Shown here piece by piece: positions 45,637 to 57,100 of a stretch of 64,000 bases of DNA. This stretch comes from Minisyncoccota bacterium (lineage in GTDB: Bacteria > Patescibacteriota > Minisyncoccia > Phycocordibacterales > JABAAK01). Positions within the stretch are counted from its first letter, which is position 1, and each line of letters begins with the position of its first letter. Below the pieces are notes generated by a model. That model had not been told where the DNA came from, made no database searches, and was given only the letters and a program-made list of their open reading frames with translations. A program made the translations under genes and the position numbers. The stretch is taken from positions 161,819 through 225,818 of the forward strand of contig OZ244141.1 of assembly GCA_965216295.1 (NCBI GenBank). The letters are read 5' to 3'.

Positions 45637-46707
45637 GTGTGGTACAATAATGGACAAATGCAGAACTATATGAGGATTAGTATTACAGGAGGGACCATTG
45701 CGATGATAGTATTTACGATACTACTCTTGTGGCTTATCTATGAGGTGCGTAGTTTAGTCCCAATTCTTATCAGTGCAGTTGTTTTTGCCGCAGCGTTTGA
45801 ACCAGGAAAACGCCTCATCATGCGATGCCGTATTCCAGCACCTATTGCTGTCGTCCTCCTCTACCTTTTTGTCTTTTTTGTCTTTTTCTTTCTCATTTCT
45901 GAGTTAGTGCCGATTATCATACAGCAGTACTCACTTTTTTTAGGTAATTTACCAACCATCATTGAGTATATTAAATCTATTACCACTGGTACTCCATTTC
46001 AGGACTTTGCATCACTACAAGGAGATCGTCTCGTATCGGCTACAGAAACATTATCTGAAACCGCGCGTGAGTTCGTTAGTGCTGCAGGAGGGGCACTCTT
46101 TTCATTCTTTAACGGTATCATTAACTTCTTCCTTTTTATCGTTCTCACCTTTCTGTTTACCCTCAACCCTAACGGAATAGACAATTTCTTTACCACCATC
46201 ACTCCTCGTAGTCACCGATCATATGTTGCAAGTCTCTTGAAGCGTACTCGAATCAAGATGGGTCTCTGGTTTAAAGGACAGATGGTTATCATCCTTATCA
46301 CCGGGGTTCTCACCTATTTCTCACTGCTTTTGTTAGGAGTTCCAAACGCCCTGTTCCTAGCATCATTTGCCGGCACAATGGAATTGATACCTATCTTTGG
46401 TCCAATTATCGCTGCTATACCAGCAATTCTCATGGCACTAACTCTTGGTGATACGACAGTGGTGCTTCTTGTGATTCTCCTCTTTATTTTAATCCAACAG
46501 TTTCAGAGCAATCTCATTTATCCTCTCATCGTTTCAAAAGCGGTTGGTGTACCAGCAGTTATTGTTATTCTTTCCATTTTCATCGGTGGCTCTATTGCTG
46601 GAGTTGTTGGTATCATTATCGCGGTACCAGTCGCTGCGATTGTTCAAGAATTATTCAACGATATACGCAGTAATACTATTGAAAAACATCTTGCTAAAAA
46701 ACAGTAA
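45637..46707 (+). CDS. AI-2E family transporter (PerM/UPF0118-like permease)
   Basis: Eight TM segments with the characteristic central loop and C-terminal 'PLIVSKAVGVPAVIVILSIFIGGSIAGVVGIIIAVPVAA' region. Confidence 0.65.
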   Translation: MWYNNGQMQNYMRISITGGTIAMIVFTILLLWLIYEVRSLVPILISAVVFAAAFEPGKRLIMRCRIPAPIAVVLLYLFVFFVFFFLISELVPIIIQQYSLFLGNLPTIIEYIKSITTGTPFQDFASLQGDRLVSATETLSETAREFVSAAGGALFSFFNGIINFFLFIVLTFLFTLNPNGIDNFFTTITPRSHRSYVASLLKRTRIKMGLWFKGQMVIILITGVLTYFSLLLLGVPNALFLASFAGTMELIPIFGPIIAAIPAILMALTLGDTTVVLLVILLFILIQQFQSNLIYPLIVSKAVGVPAVIVILSIFIGGSIAGVVGIIIAVPVAAIVQELFNDIRSNTIEKHLAKKQ

Positions 46708-46761
46708 CAGAGAGTGCGTGAATGGTCGTGTAGTATACTGTTTCGTAACAAAAAAATCGGC

Positions 46762-48195
46762 ATGACGCATTTCTATATCACCACGACACTGCCGTATGCC
46801 AATGCGGCACCACACTTAGGGCACGCGCTTGAGTTTGTGCAGGGTGATGTTCGTTCTCGCTTTGAACGTCTACGAGGGAAAGAGGTGTATTTCAATGTTG
46901 GGCTTGATGAGCACGGAACAAAGGTATATCAGTGTGCAAAGAAGGAAGGAGTTGCTCCAAAAGAATTTGTTGATACCATAGCGAAATCCTTTCAAGAACT
47001 AGTCACTAATTTAAAAATTCAACCAACTCGTTTTATACGAACCACCGATGCAGATCACTACCGTGCGGTTGAGGAGTTATGGAATCGTTGCAAAGAACGG
47101 GGGGATATATATACAAAAGAACACAAAGGGGACTACTGTGTTGGGTGTGAGTTATTTCTCTCTGACACAGACTTAGTGGCTGACAAAGATGGTACCCGAC
47201 AGTGCCCACTCCACCCCGGTAAAAAGCTAGAATATATCGCTGAGGAAAACTATTTTTTCAAACTTTCAAAGTATCAAGAACAACTACTCTCAGCATATCG
47301 AGAAACAGAGAACTTTGTCATTCCAAAGCATCGTCTCAATGAGCTCTGTTCATTTGTAGAATCTGGCTTGGAAGATGTCAGTATCTCTCGTTGCAAAAAA
47401 CGCCTTCCGTGGGGCGTTCCCGTCCCTGGTGACGCAAGTCAGACGGTGTATGTGTGGTTTGATGCACTGACAAACTACCTCACCACCATCGGTTGGCCAG
47501 ATGATCCTCATTGGGAGAAGTGGTGGCCAGTGGTACAGATTGCTGGAAAAGATAACCTTCGCCAGCAATGTGTTATTTGGCAGGCAATGCTTTTATCATT
47601 GGGCATTCATCCGTCAAAGACAGTCTACATTCATGGATTTTTAACATCACAGGGAAGAAAAATGAGTAAGACGGTGGGGAATGTGATACATCCAAACGAT
47701 TTATTAAAACGGTACGGGGCTGAATTTACCCGCCTCTACCTCACCAAACATGTTCACTCCTATGAAGACACGGACATCTCTTTCGAACATATACAGAAAG
47801 CTTATGAAGCAGATGCAGTCAACGAACTTGGCAATCTTGTTTCACGGATTATGAAAATGGCGGAAGAGCATCTCGATGGACAGACGGACGAGATGTATAC
47901 CAATACATTTGACGCGGAGTATTGTCAAGCATTAGAGCGGTTTGATTATCGAGAGGCAATAGGGTACGTTTGGCGAGAAGTGCAGAAGGTGAACAAACGC
48001 ATTACGACACGAGAACCATTCAAGTTAATCAAGAAAGATCCTCAAGCGGGAAAGGAAGAAATACGGCAGTTACTGAAAATTCTTTCACATATTGGCTACC
48101 ATCTCAAGCCATTTATGCCAGAGACCGCAGTGTGTATTGAGAAAGCAATTCGGGACAACAGAAAACCAGATTCACTGTTTCCTTCATTGCGGTAG
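46762..48195 (+). CDS. metG: Methionine--tRNA ligase (short form without a C-terminal dimerisation domain)
   Basis: HIGH 'PYANAAPHLGHALE' and KMSKS 'KMSKTVGNVI'. The C-x-x-C knuckle is 'CVGCELF...'. Confidence 0.9.
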   Translation: MTHFYITTTLPYANAAPHLGHALEFVQGDVRSRFERLRGKEVYFNVGLDEHGTKVYQCAKKEGVAPKEFVDTIAKSFQELVTNLKIQPTRFIRTTDADHYRAVEELWNRCKERGDIYTKEHKGDYCVGCELFLSDTDLVADKDGTRQCPLHPGKKLEYIAEENYFFKLSKYQEQLLSAYRETENFVIPKHRLNELCSFVESGLEDVSISRCKKRLPWGVPVPGDASQTVYVWFDALTNYLTTIGWPDDPHWEKWWPVVQIAGKDNLRQQCVIWQAMLLSLGIHPSKTVYIHGFLTSQGRKMSKTVGNVIHPNDLLKRYGAEFTRLYLTKHVHSYEDTDISFEHIQKAYEADAVNELGNLVSRIMKMAEEHLDGQTDEMYTNTFDAEYCQALERFDYREAIGYVWREVQKVNKRITTREPFKLIKKDPQAGKEEIRQLLKILSHIGYHLKPFMPETAVCIEKAIRDNRKPDSLFPSLR

Positions 48196-48233
48196 TGTTG
48201 CTATTTCAATTGAAAAGTGGTATTTAACGGTAT

Positions 48234-48689
48234 ATGACAAAACAGGAACAGAGCGTCTACGAAGTTGGTGTACACCTCATACCATCACTCTCTGAGAACG
48301 AGGCGCAGACAACGTACCAAGAACTCTGCAAGGAAATTGAAAAAAATGCTGAGGTGATTGACAAGCAAGAACCAGAGAGTATGCAACTCGCCTACCCCAT
48401 ACGTCACCAAGTGCGTAAGGATGATGGTACCTACAGTATCTATGACACTTCATATTTCGCATCAGTGAAGTTTGTTACACCATCAGGGAAGATCAATGAG
48501 ATGGAGAAAAATCTCAAAGAACACAAATCTGTTTTGCGGTTTATTTTGATAACAACTACTTCAGAGAATACACGGATAGGTGATTTGCCAGGTGAGGATG
48601 AGGCAGAGGACGGTGAAGAAGGAGTGACAACACGTGAGAATAAATCCGAAACAGTTCCTTCTTCTCAGACCACAAAAGAGGGTGAGTAG
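48234..48689 (+). CDS. rpsF: 30S ribosomal protein S6 with an acidic C-terminal tail
   Basis: 'YEVGVHLIPSLSENEAQTTYQEL...QLAYPI' S6 family. Confidence 0.85.
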   Translation: MTKQEQSVYEVGVHLIPSLSENEAQTTYQELCKEIEKNAEVIDKQEPESMQLAYPIRHQVRKDDGTYSIYDTSYFASVKFVTPSGKINEMEKNLKEHKSVLRFILITTTSENTRIGDLPGEDEAEDGEEGVTTRENKSETVPSSQTTKEGE

Positions 48690-48729
48690 GCAAGTAGCGA
48701 AAAAAGGGCACTGATGGTAGAATGGAGTT

Positions 48730-49170
48730 ATGTACGTCAATAAAGTGTTTGTACTCGGCAATCTCACTAGAGATCCTGAGTCAAAGCAGCTACCAAGTAA
48801 TGTCTTGGTAACAAATCTTGGTATTGCAACCAATCGTGTTTACAAGAACCAGCAGGGTGAGAAGGTGGAGGAAGTCGAATATCACAATATCGTCCTCTTC
48901 GGTAGAATTGCTGAAATTGCTCAGCAATATCTCCGCAAAGGATCTAGTGCCTACATTGAAGGTCGTCTTCGTACCAACTCATGGGAAGCAGATGGAGTGA
49001 AGAAGTATAAAACAGAGATTATCGCTGAGTCATTACAACTCGGTCCAAAACGAGATGGTGCTGGAAAAGGTGATGGCGGTGGTGGCGCTAAGCAGGATGG
49101 TAGCGCAGAGAAAGACGGAGCACCTCAGTATCCAGAAAGTACCATCAAACCAGAAGACATTCCGTTCTAA
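48730..49170 (+). CDS. ssb: Single-stranded DNA-binding protein
   Basis: OB-fold '[15 protein letters not shown]...[11 protein letters not shown]', a Gly-rich linker and the C-terminal 'DIPF' tip. Confidence 0.9.
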   Translation: MYVNKVFVLGNLTRDPESKQLPSNVLVTNLGIATNRVYKNQQGEKVEEVEYHNIVLFGRIAEIAQQYLRKGSSAYIEGRLRTNSWEADGVKKYKTEIIAESLQLGPKRDGAGKGDGGGGAKQDGSAEKDGAPQYPESTIKPEDIPF

Positions 49171-49172
49171 CT

Positions 49173-49379
49173 ATGAAAAAGATATCTTGCTATTTTACAA
49201 AACATGACATCAAGTATGTTGATTATCGTGACACGAAACTGTTGCAGAAATTTCTTAATCCTCATGGCAAGATTCTCTCACGCCGTTCTACAGGTCTTTG
49301 TGCCAAGTATCAACGAGCTCTCACTGCAGCGGTGAAACGGTCTCGCTTTATGGCATTTCTACCATATATTGATCCATAG
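49173..49379 (+). CDS. rpsR: 30S ribosomal protein S18. No rplI (L9) follows
   Basis: '[45 protein letters not shown]' S18 family. Confidence 0.9.
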   Translation: MKKISCYFTKHDIKYVDYRDTKLLQKFLNPHGKILSRRSTGLCAKYQRALTAAVKRSRFMAFLPYIDP

Positions 49380-49695
49380 CACTACCTATTGTAGACCCCT
49401 GAATTGCCGGGGGTTGACAGAGAGGGGGGTATATGTCACATTGGTGGTAGGTTCTGTTTATGTAGTTGTTGGGTTCTTATGAATCCATTGAGTTTGGATT
49501 GGAATTTTTCCAGCCAATATCTTCAAAGATAACCTTTAATTTGGTTTTATTTTTTTTGTTTACTTTCATAAACATGATGGGGAAGCAATTCTTGTGTCGT
49601 GTTGTGCATTTTGAAAACCTCCAAGTTACTGTTAATTAGAAATAGTTAACAAGAAAATGAAATATATATTTTTTCAATAAACAGAATCCCTCAAT

Positions 49696-49718
49696 CCCAC
49701 CTTTTGGTGGGGTTTTTC
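49696..49718 (+). terminator. Hairpin CCCACC-TTTT-GGTGGG followed by TTTTT; putative terminator
   Basis: Lies 320 nt downstream of rpsR and directly adjacent to the efp stop on the other strand. Confidence 0.4.
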
Positions 49719-50285
49719 TTATACACGACCGACGTATTTACCAGTTTCTGTATTGATCTGTACGGTGTCACCAGAGCGAACAAACAGAGGTGTCGCAACA
49801 ACAGCTCCTGTTTCTAAGACAACCTGCTTACTACCACCCTGCGTTGTGTTGCCACGGAGTGATGGCGGAGCATCACGAACCAGTACCGCTGTTTTAATGG
49901 GCACCTGTATCGCAAGGAGCGTCTCTCCTGAGAAGATACCAGTGACGGTGGTTTTATCTGGAACAAATGAAATACCAGCAATGGTTGCCGTTGACACTTT
50001 GAGGCGTGTGGCGGGGGTATTCGTATGGTGAAACCAACTGACTCCACGATGTGAATAGACATATACCAAGGAACACTTCTCTACCGCTACTTGATTAAAC
50101 GAATCGGATGAATGAAGAGTTTTTGTAATGACCGCCCCTGTGGTGACATTTTTCATACGGACAGTATTTGATCCTTGCTGTCTACTTTTTTTTGAAAACA
50201 CTGCTTCGACACATTCATACACACTATCACGATATGAGAAAAACACTCCTGGCTTGATAGCCGTGTATGAAAGATTTTTTGACAT
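49719..50285 (-). CDS. efp: Elongation factor P
   Basis: Three OB/KOW-like domains. 'KPGKG'-like loop 'SKKSRQQGSNTVRMKNVTTG'. C-terminal 'LETGAVVATPLFVRSGDTVQINTETGKYVGRV'. Confidence 0.8.
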   Translation of the reverse strand: MSKNLSYTAIKPGVFFSYRDSVYECVEAVFSKKSRQQGSNTVRMKNVTTGAVITKTLHSSDSFNQVAVEKCSLVYVYSHRGVSWFHHTNTPATRLKVSTATIAGISFVPDKTTVTGIFSGETLLAIQVPIKTAVLVRDAPPSLRGNTTQGGSKQVVLETGAVVATPLFVRSGDTVQINTETGKYVGRV

Positions 50286-50298
50286 GGCTTTTTGGAAA

Positions 50299-51405
50299 TT
50301 ATCCTTCAGCGAGGCTTGTTAAGACCTTCTTTTCAAGTGTCTTGGCAATCGTTTTATTATCTTTCAAAAAGGTACGTGCTGCGTCATATCCTCGTCCCAA
50401 CTTATGCTCTTCGTAGCTATACGATCCTCCTCCTTTCTTACTCACCAGACCAAAGCGCTCTCCTAAGGCGAGAAGTTCGCCTTCACGGGTAATCCCTTCG
50501 TCATACATCAAATCAAACTCTGCACTTCTGAAAGGGGCACCAACTTTATTTTTTACAACTTTCACACGAACACGACCTCCCATCACTTGTTCTCCCTTCT
50601 TTATCTGTGCAATACGTCGCACATCAAGTCGAACAGAGGTATAAAATTTCAATGCTCTTCCACCGGGTGTTGTTTCTGGACTGCCAAACATGACGCCAAT
50701 TCTCATACGAATCTGATTAATGAAGATAACAACCGTGCGGGATCGTGCAACGATGGCGGTAATCTTTCGAAGTGCTTGGCTCATGAGCCGTGCTTGTCTT
50801 CCAATATGTTCTGCACCCATATCTCCTTCAATTTCTTTTTTTGGGGTGAGGGCTGCAACGGAGTCAATGACGATGACATCTATTTTGCCAGTTCGTACCA
50901 GTGAGTCGACAATCTCCAATGCCTGCTCTCCTGTACTCGGTTGAGAGACGAGAAGGTCATCTACAGCAACACCAATCTTCTTTGCGTACTCTGGATCAAG
51001 GGCATGCTCAGCATCAATAAATGCGCAGACACCATCTTCTTTCTGTGCTTCAGCGATAGCATGCAAAGCAAGTGTAGTCTTTCCCGATGATTCTGGACCA
51101 AAGATTTCAATAATACGACCACGAGGAAGTCCTCCTATACCAAGTGCAAAATCAAGACCGAGTGATCCAGTGGCAATGGCCTTTATTGCAACTCGTGGTT
51201 TCTCACCTAATCGAATAATTGATTCTTCGCCAAATTTCGTTCTGATGGTATTGAGGGCGCTTTTGATTTCAATATCCTCAGGAGTTATCTTGTGGGTCTT
51301 GACTGGGCGCGCTTTCTCTTCGCTCATTGTTTTTGTTTTCTTGGTTATCTTTTTTTTCATTGGTATGTATGTAGATGGGTAGTATGATGACTGCTTCCTT
51401 TCCAC
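50299..51405 (-). CDS. recA: Recombinase RecA (the start is probably at an internal Met near 51327/51360)
   Basis: Walker A '[13 protein letters not shown]', 'IVIDSVAAL', L2 loop '[18 protein letters not shown]'. Confidence 0.95.
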   Translation of the reverse strand: MERKQSSYYPSTYIPMKKKITKKTKTMSEEKARPVKTHKITPEDIEIKSALNTIRTKFGEESIIRLGEKPRVAIKAIATGSLGLDFALGIGGLPRGRIIEIFGPESSGKTTLALHAIAEAQKEDGVCAFIDAEHALDPEYAKKIGVAVDDLLVSQPSTGEQALEIVDSLVRTGKIDVIVIDSVAALTPKKEIEGDMGAEHIGRQARLMSQALRKITAIVARSRTVVIFINQIRMRIGVMFGSPETTPGGRALKFYTSVRLDVRRIAQIKKGEQVMGGRVRVKVVKNKVGAPFRSAEFDLMYDEGITREGELLALGERFGLVSKKGGGSYSYEEHKLGRGYDAARTFLKDNKTIAKTLEKKVLTSLAEG

Positions 51406-51688
51406 GCTTGTTACGCGCAGTTAAGCTTACCTCAGTATATCCTAACGGTAATGCGAGGGTGGTGGCAAATTCACCTGTTCGCGTTGGATAGATTCGTCTG
51501 CCGTTAATTGCAAAAAAGGTCGTATGTTTGACATGACCGCGTATCTCAAATACCTGTGTCACCTGCTCGTGTGGTTGTGGTGAAAACACGGTGACAATTG
51601 GTCCTCCGAGAAGTGCTTCAGAACGTATAAGGCCATAGAGAATCGTAGTCACTATGGCTATGGCAACAAGTATCGAAAAGATTCGCAT
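51278..51688 (-). CDS. Small membrane-anchored protein, function unknown
   Basis: N-terminal TM '[21 protein letters not shown]' plus a ~100-aa domain. It overlaps the recA 5' end. Confidence 0.4.
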   Translation of the reverse strand: MRIFSILVAIAIVTTILYGLIRSEALLGGPIVTVFSPQPHEQVTQVFEIRGHVKHTTFFAINGRRIYPTRTGEFATTLALPLGYTEVSLTARNKRGKEAVIILPIYIHTNEKKDNQENKNNERRESAPSQDPQDNS

Positions 51689-51725
51689 ACACGGCATTGT
51701 ATGGTTTTCAGAAAGGTGGGGCAAC

Positions 51726-53987
51726 CTATACCTCACCGTCCTCGTCGGTGCGATCAACTAGCACCTCTCGTGGTTTTGATCCAAGCTGCGTTCCCACCAC
51801 ACCACGTTCTTCTAAGATGTCTAAGATTCGTGCTGCTCGTGAGTAACCAATCCTGAGTTTTCGTTGCAGAAGGGAAGTAGATGCCTTCTGCATAGACACC
51901 ACAATGTCTTTTGCTTCCTCATAGAGTGTATCATCATCGTCTTGAGAAAAGCCACCACTATCACCACCTGGTTTGCTAGAAAGGTCAATCATGCCTTCTG
52001 CAACACCACTGTTTTTTATCAGAAATTGCACCACTTTTTGAACTTCCTCCTCAGTGCTAAACGCTGCCTGTGCACGGATCGCTTTTTTATATTCAGCTGA
52101 TGCGAAGAGAAGATCACCGCGTCCGATGAGGTTCTCTGCACCGGTTGCATCAAGAATGGTTCGAGAATCAATTTGTGAAGCAACTTGCAATCCAATACGA
52201 ACGGGTACGTTTGCTTTGACGACACCAGTAATCACATTCACTGAGGGTCGTTGTGTAGAGAGAACGAGGTGGATGCCAACTGCACGACTCTTCTGTGCAA
52301 TGCGAACAATGCTTGATTCAATTTCTCGTGGATAGCTCTGCATTAAATCAGCTAACTCATCAATCACGACAACGATGTATGGCATCGGTGTGGCATCTTT
52401 CTGCCCCCTCATCTTCTTATGGTACGAGGCGATATCTCGGGTACCACTTTCTCCAAGGAGTTCATATCGTTTTTCCATTTCACCGACCGTCCACGAGAGT
52501 GCTTGCAAGGCCTTCTTTGGATCAGTGATTGGTTCAGTTAAGAGGTGTGCAATGCCACCGTACTGGGTGAGTTCAACTCGCTTTGGATCGATGAAGATAA
52601 ACCGCACATCACGGGGACCGTAGGCAAAGAGGATTGAAAGGACAAGGTTGTGGATTAAGACACTTTTACCAGATCCTGTGGTACCAGCAATCAAGAGGTG
52701 GGGCATTTTTGCAAGTCCCTGTACCAAAACCTCTCCTGTGATGGTTTTACCGATAGCGATGGGAAGCATATTCGTATTTTTGACGTACTCATTACTTTCA
52801 AGGAGAGTACGAAGTCCAACTGTTGCTCGGGTTGTGTTGGGTACCTCAATACCAACAAGCGCTTTGCCAGGGATAGGTGCCTCAATGCGTACAGGGTGTG
52901 CAGCAAGTGCTAATTCCAGATTGCTCTGCAGACCAACTATCTTAGAGAGCCTCACCCCTTCCGCTGGTTTCACTGAATATCTCGTGAAAGTAGGTCCAAC
53001 AACAACTTCTTCTACTTCTATTGCCACTTTGAAGTTTTGCAGTGTTCGTTTGATGGCGTCAGCATTGACACGGGTATCACCAGCACGTCCTCGACCCCGT
53101 TCGCCCTGTAAAAGAGAGAGTGGTGGGACGGTGTAGTGTTTTTCACGAGGTATGGCCTCTTCTTTTTCATCTTCATCCTCATCATATTCTTCGCTTTCCT
53201 CGTCTTCTTCGTCATATTCCTCCTCTTCGTCATATTCCTCCTCTTCATCCTCGTCATACTCTTCATCACCCTCATTTTCCTCCTCCTCATCTTCTTCCTC
53301 GTCATATTCTTCATCTCCTTCGTCATACTCCTCATCCTCATCATCGTTTTTGTCACGTCGCATATCATCACCTCGTAAGTATGCAGTCAGTCGCTCCCAT
53401 GCATGTGTTGGTGAGAATAGTCCCATGGTGGTAAATGCAAGTATGAAAAGAAATGGTAAGAGAAGGTAGGTAAAAGAGCCGAGGTAAGAGAGTAGTTGTG
53501 AGAGAAGTAACACACCAAGGAGTCCACCAGCTGTTTCACTAAAACTTGCAGTTAAGAAAACAGTGGTACACAAGAAGCACAACGCACTGCCAGACCAGAA
53601 TCGTAGAAAAGAAACATGTCGCACACGTGCGAGATGTTGGTAGCTTGCAAAGAGGAGTATAGGAATGAGAAGGAGGTATCCCCAGCCAGCCAGTGAGAAA
53701 ATCCAGGTACGAACAACAGCGCCCCAAGACCCTCCCTGCCAGAAGGAGGCAAAGAGGAGGAAAAGCGCTGTGAGGAGGAAAATAACGCCAATAACGACAC
53801 CTATTCCACTCTCCTCGTGAGTGTTCCGCCAGGTGCGTAAAAAACCCCAAAAACCGCCTTTCTTTTGTTTTCTTGCCATATCAGTATCAGTCACAGTATC
53901 GCATATTTTACCGACACAGTATTGAATGGTGTGGGTATGTTCGTAACTGTTGTTATCATTTTCCACATCTACTTTGCTATCCTCCAT
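51726..53987 (-). CDS. ftsK: DNA translocase FtsK/SpoIIIE with an acidic low-complexity (EEYDE)n linker. The start is possibly at the Met at 53879
   Basis: Four N-terminal TM helices. Motor domain Walker A 'GTTGSGKSVLIHNL', 'VVVIDELADL', and C-terminal winged-helix gamma domain 'LLQRKLRIGYSRAARILDILEERGVV'. Confidence 0.9.
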   Translation of the reverse strand: MEDSKVDVENDNNSYEHTHTIQYCVGKICDTVTDTDMARKQKKGGFWGFLRTWRNTHEESGIGVVIGVIFLLTALFLLFASFWQGGSWGAVVRTWIFSLAGWGYLLLIPILLFASYQHLARVRHVSFLRFWSGSALCFLCTTVFLTASFSETAGGLLGVLLLSQLLSYLGSFTYLLLPFLFILAFTTMGLFSPTHAWERLTAYLRGDDMRRDKNDDEDEEYDEGDEEYDEEEDEEEENEGDEEYDEDEEEEYDEEEEYDEEDEESEEYDEDEDEKEEAIPREKHYTVPPLSLLQGERGRGRAGDTRVNADAIKRTLQNFKVAIEVEEVVVGPTFTRYSVKPAEGVRLSKIVGLQSNLELALAAHPVRIEAPIPGKALVGIEVPNTTRATVGLRTLLESNEYVKNTNMLPIAIGKTITGEVLVQGLAKMPHLLIAGTTGSGKSVLIHNLVLSILFAYGPRDVRFIFIDPKRVELTQYGGIAHLLTEPITDPKKALQALSWTVGEMEKRYELLGESGTRDIASYHKKMRGQKDATPMPYIVVVIDELADLMQSYPREIESSIVRIAQKSRAVGIHLVLSTQRPSVNVITGVVKANVPVRIGLQVASQIDSRTILDATGAENLIGRGDLLFASAEYKKAIRAQAAFSTEEEVQKVVQFLIKNSGVAEGMIDLSSKPGGDSGGFSQDDDDTLYEEAKDIVVSMQKASTSLLQRKLRIGYSRAARILDILEERGVVGTQLGSKPREVLVDRTDEDGEV
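53150..53345. repeat. Low-complexity acidic codon repeat (GAx/TAT) encoding 'DEEYDEEEDEEE...' in the FtsK linker
   Basis: Read directly. It explains the spurious Ser-rich antisense ORF 53152..53469. Confidence 0.8.
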
Positions 53988-54110
53988 ACAAACCGCTACA
54001 ATGAGAAAGACGCTTAGAGTATGTAATGTGTGAAGTGTTAATCGGTAACGGTTACCTTGACTATTGCATTTGAAGTGTCGCTTAATTAATTACAAAATTC
54101 TTAATCGATT

Positions 54111-57100
54111 ATGAATATTGTTGCAAATAAAACAATAGCAGTGTTTGTTTCAGCAGCATTTGTGTTTACTGCGTATTTTGTGTACACGCCATTGGCGAAC
54201 GCACAAAGTTCACAGGATGAAACTATTGCAAAACTTCTCGCACAAATCGAGGCATTGACCAAACAGGTCAGCGCCTTGAGTAGTAACAGTGGTGGTAGCA
54301 GTATAACAACAACCACAAATAATGCTTGTTCATATGCATGGACAAAAAACTTAGCTATAGGAAGTTCTGGTGAAGACGTTCTCCGGTTACAACGCTTCCT
54401 CAATGGCGACTCTGCGACTACTGTGGCAACCTCGGGAGCTGGATCAGTGGGTAGTGAAACCCGCTACTACGGTCCTGCAACCGCAAATGCGGTTTCCCGT
54501 TTCCAGGAAAAGTATGCTAGTGCTATTCTCTCGCCACTTGGCTTGACGAAAGGTACTGGTAATTTCTCTGTATCTACGCGCGGAGAGGCAAATCGTCTCT
54601 GTGGCAGTGGTGGAGGTACTAATACTGGAGGTTCCACAATTCCTGTTGTTGGTGGTGATTTGAATGTATCGGATGCTCGACAACCGGCTAATGGTTACGC
54701 TGTTGCAGGTGCACAGCGTGTTCCATTCACTTCATTTACTCTTACCGCGGGGAGTAATGATGTACGAGTAAGTGGTATTGAAGTTCGTCAGGTTGGTCTT
54801 TCCAAACGAGACGACTTTGATTCAGTTGCTCTTGTTGATGGTAATGGAGTACAACTTGGTAGCTCACGGTCGCTGAACTCAGATAAAGAGGCAACCGTTG
54901 GAGGTAGATTTACCGTTCCACGCGGTCAATCAGTTACTTTGACAGTTGTTGGTGATATTGGTGATGAAGCATCATCTGGTATCGCTCAGCTACAAGTAAC
55001 CAGTGTGGAGGCAAACGGACAGGTTTCTGGTCGTTTCCCTATTAAAGGTGCGTTACACGCTTTCTCAGATGCTGTAACACTTAGTAAAGTAGACGTAATT
55101 TCTGGTGGTTCTGGTAATGATAACTTGGAATTGAATTCATTGGAAGACCTTGCTAAGTTTGAATTGCAAATTGGTTCAACAGGTAATGAGGATGCATACC
55201 TCAAATCAATTACTTTTGAACAAGCAGGTTCTATTGACGCAGATGATTTTGATAACGATTTAGAACTCGTTGTTGATAACAGAGATTCATATCGTCTACG
55301 TTCAGGAAACGATGATCGTTACACGGTTGTCTTTTCTGGTAGAGGGTACAAAATTGAAGAGGGCGATAGGGTTGATTTGACCATTGAAGGTTCAGTGGTT
55401 GATGGTACATCTCGTACTGTTGAATTCACTCTTGATGACCCATCAGATGTCTATGTTGTTGGTGCTGATTTCGGATATGGTTTACCAGTAAGGTTTGGTG
55501 GTGATGATGATGGTGATAGTATCGTAAGTTATAAGTGGAATGTGACTGGTGGTAATGGTGACATTAATAGGGGTACTGCTTTGAACTCAAGTGACTTTAA
55601 TGTCACCTATGGAGATAATCGTCTCATTGGTGCATTTGATGTTGAAATTGAGGGTGAAGCGGTCGAATTTGAAGATCCAGAATTCAGCGTTACTATCTCT
55701 GGTGCCGCAGGCAAAATTTCTCAAAAGATATTGGATGCTCTTGATGGTGATGGTGATGATGAGTTGAGTATTGACAGACCATATCTTGAGATAGATGGTC
55801 GAAAGTACGCAGACGCAGAAGACTTTGTTTTCAAGACTAGCGACATCAGTGGTACTGCTGCTACTGGAGTTGTTGCGACGAAAACATTAAAGTTCTCTAA
55901 CAACTTTGATCTCTCTGAAAAAAGAGATGAAGAGGAGTACACTTGGATTGTGAAAGGTGATCTTGATACCGATTGGCCTGATGGCACAAAGGTAACATTG
56001 AAGCTTGTCAGATTTAAGAGTGCAGAGGGAGTAGTTTCAGGTGATAGTTACACAGCAGATGGTAAGGCATTTGCACAAAATGGTGATTTCATCATTGAAT
56101 CAGATGACGTTACTATCGAAGGTAACCTTGTAAAATTCTCACTTACTGGTCGTACTGTTGATGAAACACAGTATGTTGCTGATGTTGAGGGTGTCCCATT
56201 CGCTACCGTTGAGATTGACGCAGGTGATTCAAGTGAAGATGTTTCGGTGAGTCAGTTAGAGGTAACATTGGAAGCAACAGGCACAAACCTTGAGGAATTG
56301 AGAAGGTGTGATTTGTTGAATGATAAGGATGATAAGAGATCATCAGTATTGAGCAGGCGAGAAACTCCGAAAGGCGATGATCCTGGTACAACAAAACTCT
56401 CCTTTAACTTCGATAGGGGGTATGAAGTACGTGCTGGAGATACTGATCAATTAACCCTTGTGTGTGACATTAAAAGAAATGCTACGAACGCAGGTCGGTA
56501 TCAATTCAAATTCTTAACCACCAACAATGTGCGGTACGAAATTGGTCGAGATAGCTTTAATGTTGCAGTAGTAGAGAGAGATGACCTTGGTGAAACTATA
56601 ACAATTAGTGATCAAGCTACTTTGAATGTTCGTACTATTGCAGAACAGGGGTCAGAAGGAAGTCGAATTGTTGTTGCAACAGGTAACGAAGGCCAAGATG
56701 AAATTTTGGTTGGTGAAATTGAATTTGAAGCAGAACAGTCTGATGTGACTCTTAACAAGATTGTCCTAACAGGTGTGTTGACGAATACTGCATCAGGTAC
56801 TTTAAATAGTGCTGTGATAGAGTCAATACAACTTAAGCATGGTGGTGTAATGAAAGAAATAGCTAACGAAGTTGAGTTAGATAATGCGGGCAGGATTGAA
56901 TTTGAGAGCTTAGACTTTGATTTTGAGAGTGGTCGTAAAGAACGGGTTGAAGTATATGTTTCAGTTAATGGTATTAACGGTGATTCATCATCTAAAACTG
57001 GTATTTCAGGTGCTCAGTTTGATCTTAAGGTAATTGAAACTAGTTACCAAGCTAAAGCGGGTGTTACTACTGAACAAACACAATCGTACCAAGCAACAGA

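Noticed and set aside
49380-49700. 320-bp non-coding stretch after rpsR as a possible degraded rplI (L9) or a small gene
   Set aside because: Translation in all frames gives nothing L9-like. The only ORF (21 codons, MMGKQFLCRVVHFENLQVTVN) lacks an RBS. A promoter-like TTGACA at 49415 has no properly spaced -10.
53152-53469. Ser-rich ORF 'MASSFSSSSSSYSS...' on the + strand
   Set aside because: It is the antisense reading of the FtsK acidic (EEYDE)n linker codons. It is a low-complexity artefact.
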